From Carcharhinus longimanus (Eukaryota), in the NCBI GenBank assembly GCA_030264375.1, contig JASCQW010000099.1, positions 62,985,823 through 63,049,822 on the forward strand: a stretch of DNA of 64,000 nucleotides. Direction: 5' to 3'. The position numbers and the translations under genes were made by a program. The notes under the pieces were generated by a model, which saw only the letters and a list, made by a program, of their open reading frames with translations, was not told the origin of the DNA and ran no database searches. This document shows, piece after piece, positions 63,253 through 64,000 of the stretch (positions are counted from its first letter, which is position 1; each line of letters starts with the position of its first letter).

Positions 63253-63981
63253 GGGGCAGAATTTTTCAGATGGCAGGATCTCCCATCTGGCTACCTGAAG
63301 ATTTGGTAGAGATTTGTTCCACACTTTTGCAAACTGTCCAGCAATTATTTAATGATTGACTAACAGCCAGATTTCCGTCCACAACTGGGGAGGAGGTTCC
63401 CTCTAGACAGCTACTAACCAGTCAGGTGACCAGTAGCTCTGTAGCCCCAACAGCAGCAGGTTCAATTGGTGATCACTGCTGGGACTGCAGCCAGTCCTCA
63501 AAGAAGAAGCGCTAATAGTTGTCAGACTGACAGTATGTCCAGGGTATTAGCCCCAGCGTGGGATGTATGGGGGTTGGGGGCCTGGCTTGAGAGACCAGAT
63601 AGTGGAGGGTTAAAGAGGAGGTGAGTATGATCTTAGAGGAGAGGAGGTACTTTGATGGGCACGGGAGTCCCCAGAGGAGCTACCGCCCTCACCTTTCCTG
63701 ACACTACCCCACACAGTTAAAGCCTGCTTAGCAAGGGCCTTCCCCTTCTGCAGATAATATAGTAACAGGGGTTTGATGAGGCACATAAATGACCTGTTAT
63801 TGGCCAGTTAACAAGCTCATTACGCCTAAGAACAGGCAGGCCAACCAAAGCCTGCACTACCATCCCCTTGGAATTGGAGACAGGTTGTGAATGGACAGGT
63901 ATGCGGTGGACAGTCCTCACACTATGTTTTTCAAGCTCGCTGCCTTCAAATCTACCTGTGGGGAACTGTAAAATTCCACCC
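63253..63981. mobile_element. Old GC-rich non-autonomous TIR element
   Basis: GGGGCAGAATTTT ... AAAATTCCACCC ends. Confidence 0.5.
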
Positions 63982-64000
63982 ACCAAGGGAGGGGGAGAGA

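Overview
Eukaryotic genomic DNA from a draft assembly with nine N-gaps, almost certainly a shark or other elasmobranch (about 20 HE1-type V-SINEs plus Deu-SINEs and CR1/HER1 LINE ends). The window lies inside one + strand gene, SRBD1 (S1 RNA-binding domain 1, Tex family). Four internal coding exons splice in frame at GT-AG sites: 15046-15152, 24345-24521, 24954-25109 and 61864-62048. The rest is intron, crowded with decayed mobile elements: a Gypsy LTR element split by a 4.5 kb foreign block, L1, Rex1/Babar, CR1 and L2 LINE pieces, a Penelope-like element with a GIY-YIG remnant, Harbinger- and hAT-like MITEs, and solo LTRs. Several repeat-free blocks may be conserved enhancers. The most interesting signals are two families of Penelope-like terminal repeats carrying minimal hammerhead-ribozyme motifs. 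One family survives as 63-150 bp insertions with clean target-site duplications, and one of these forms a perfect 29-bp hairpin just upstream of an SRBD1 splice acceptor. I see no convincing wholly new protein-coding system. Repeat family names come from recognition, not database searches, and repeat boundaries are approximate.
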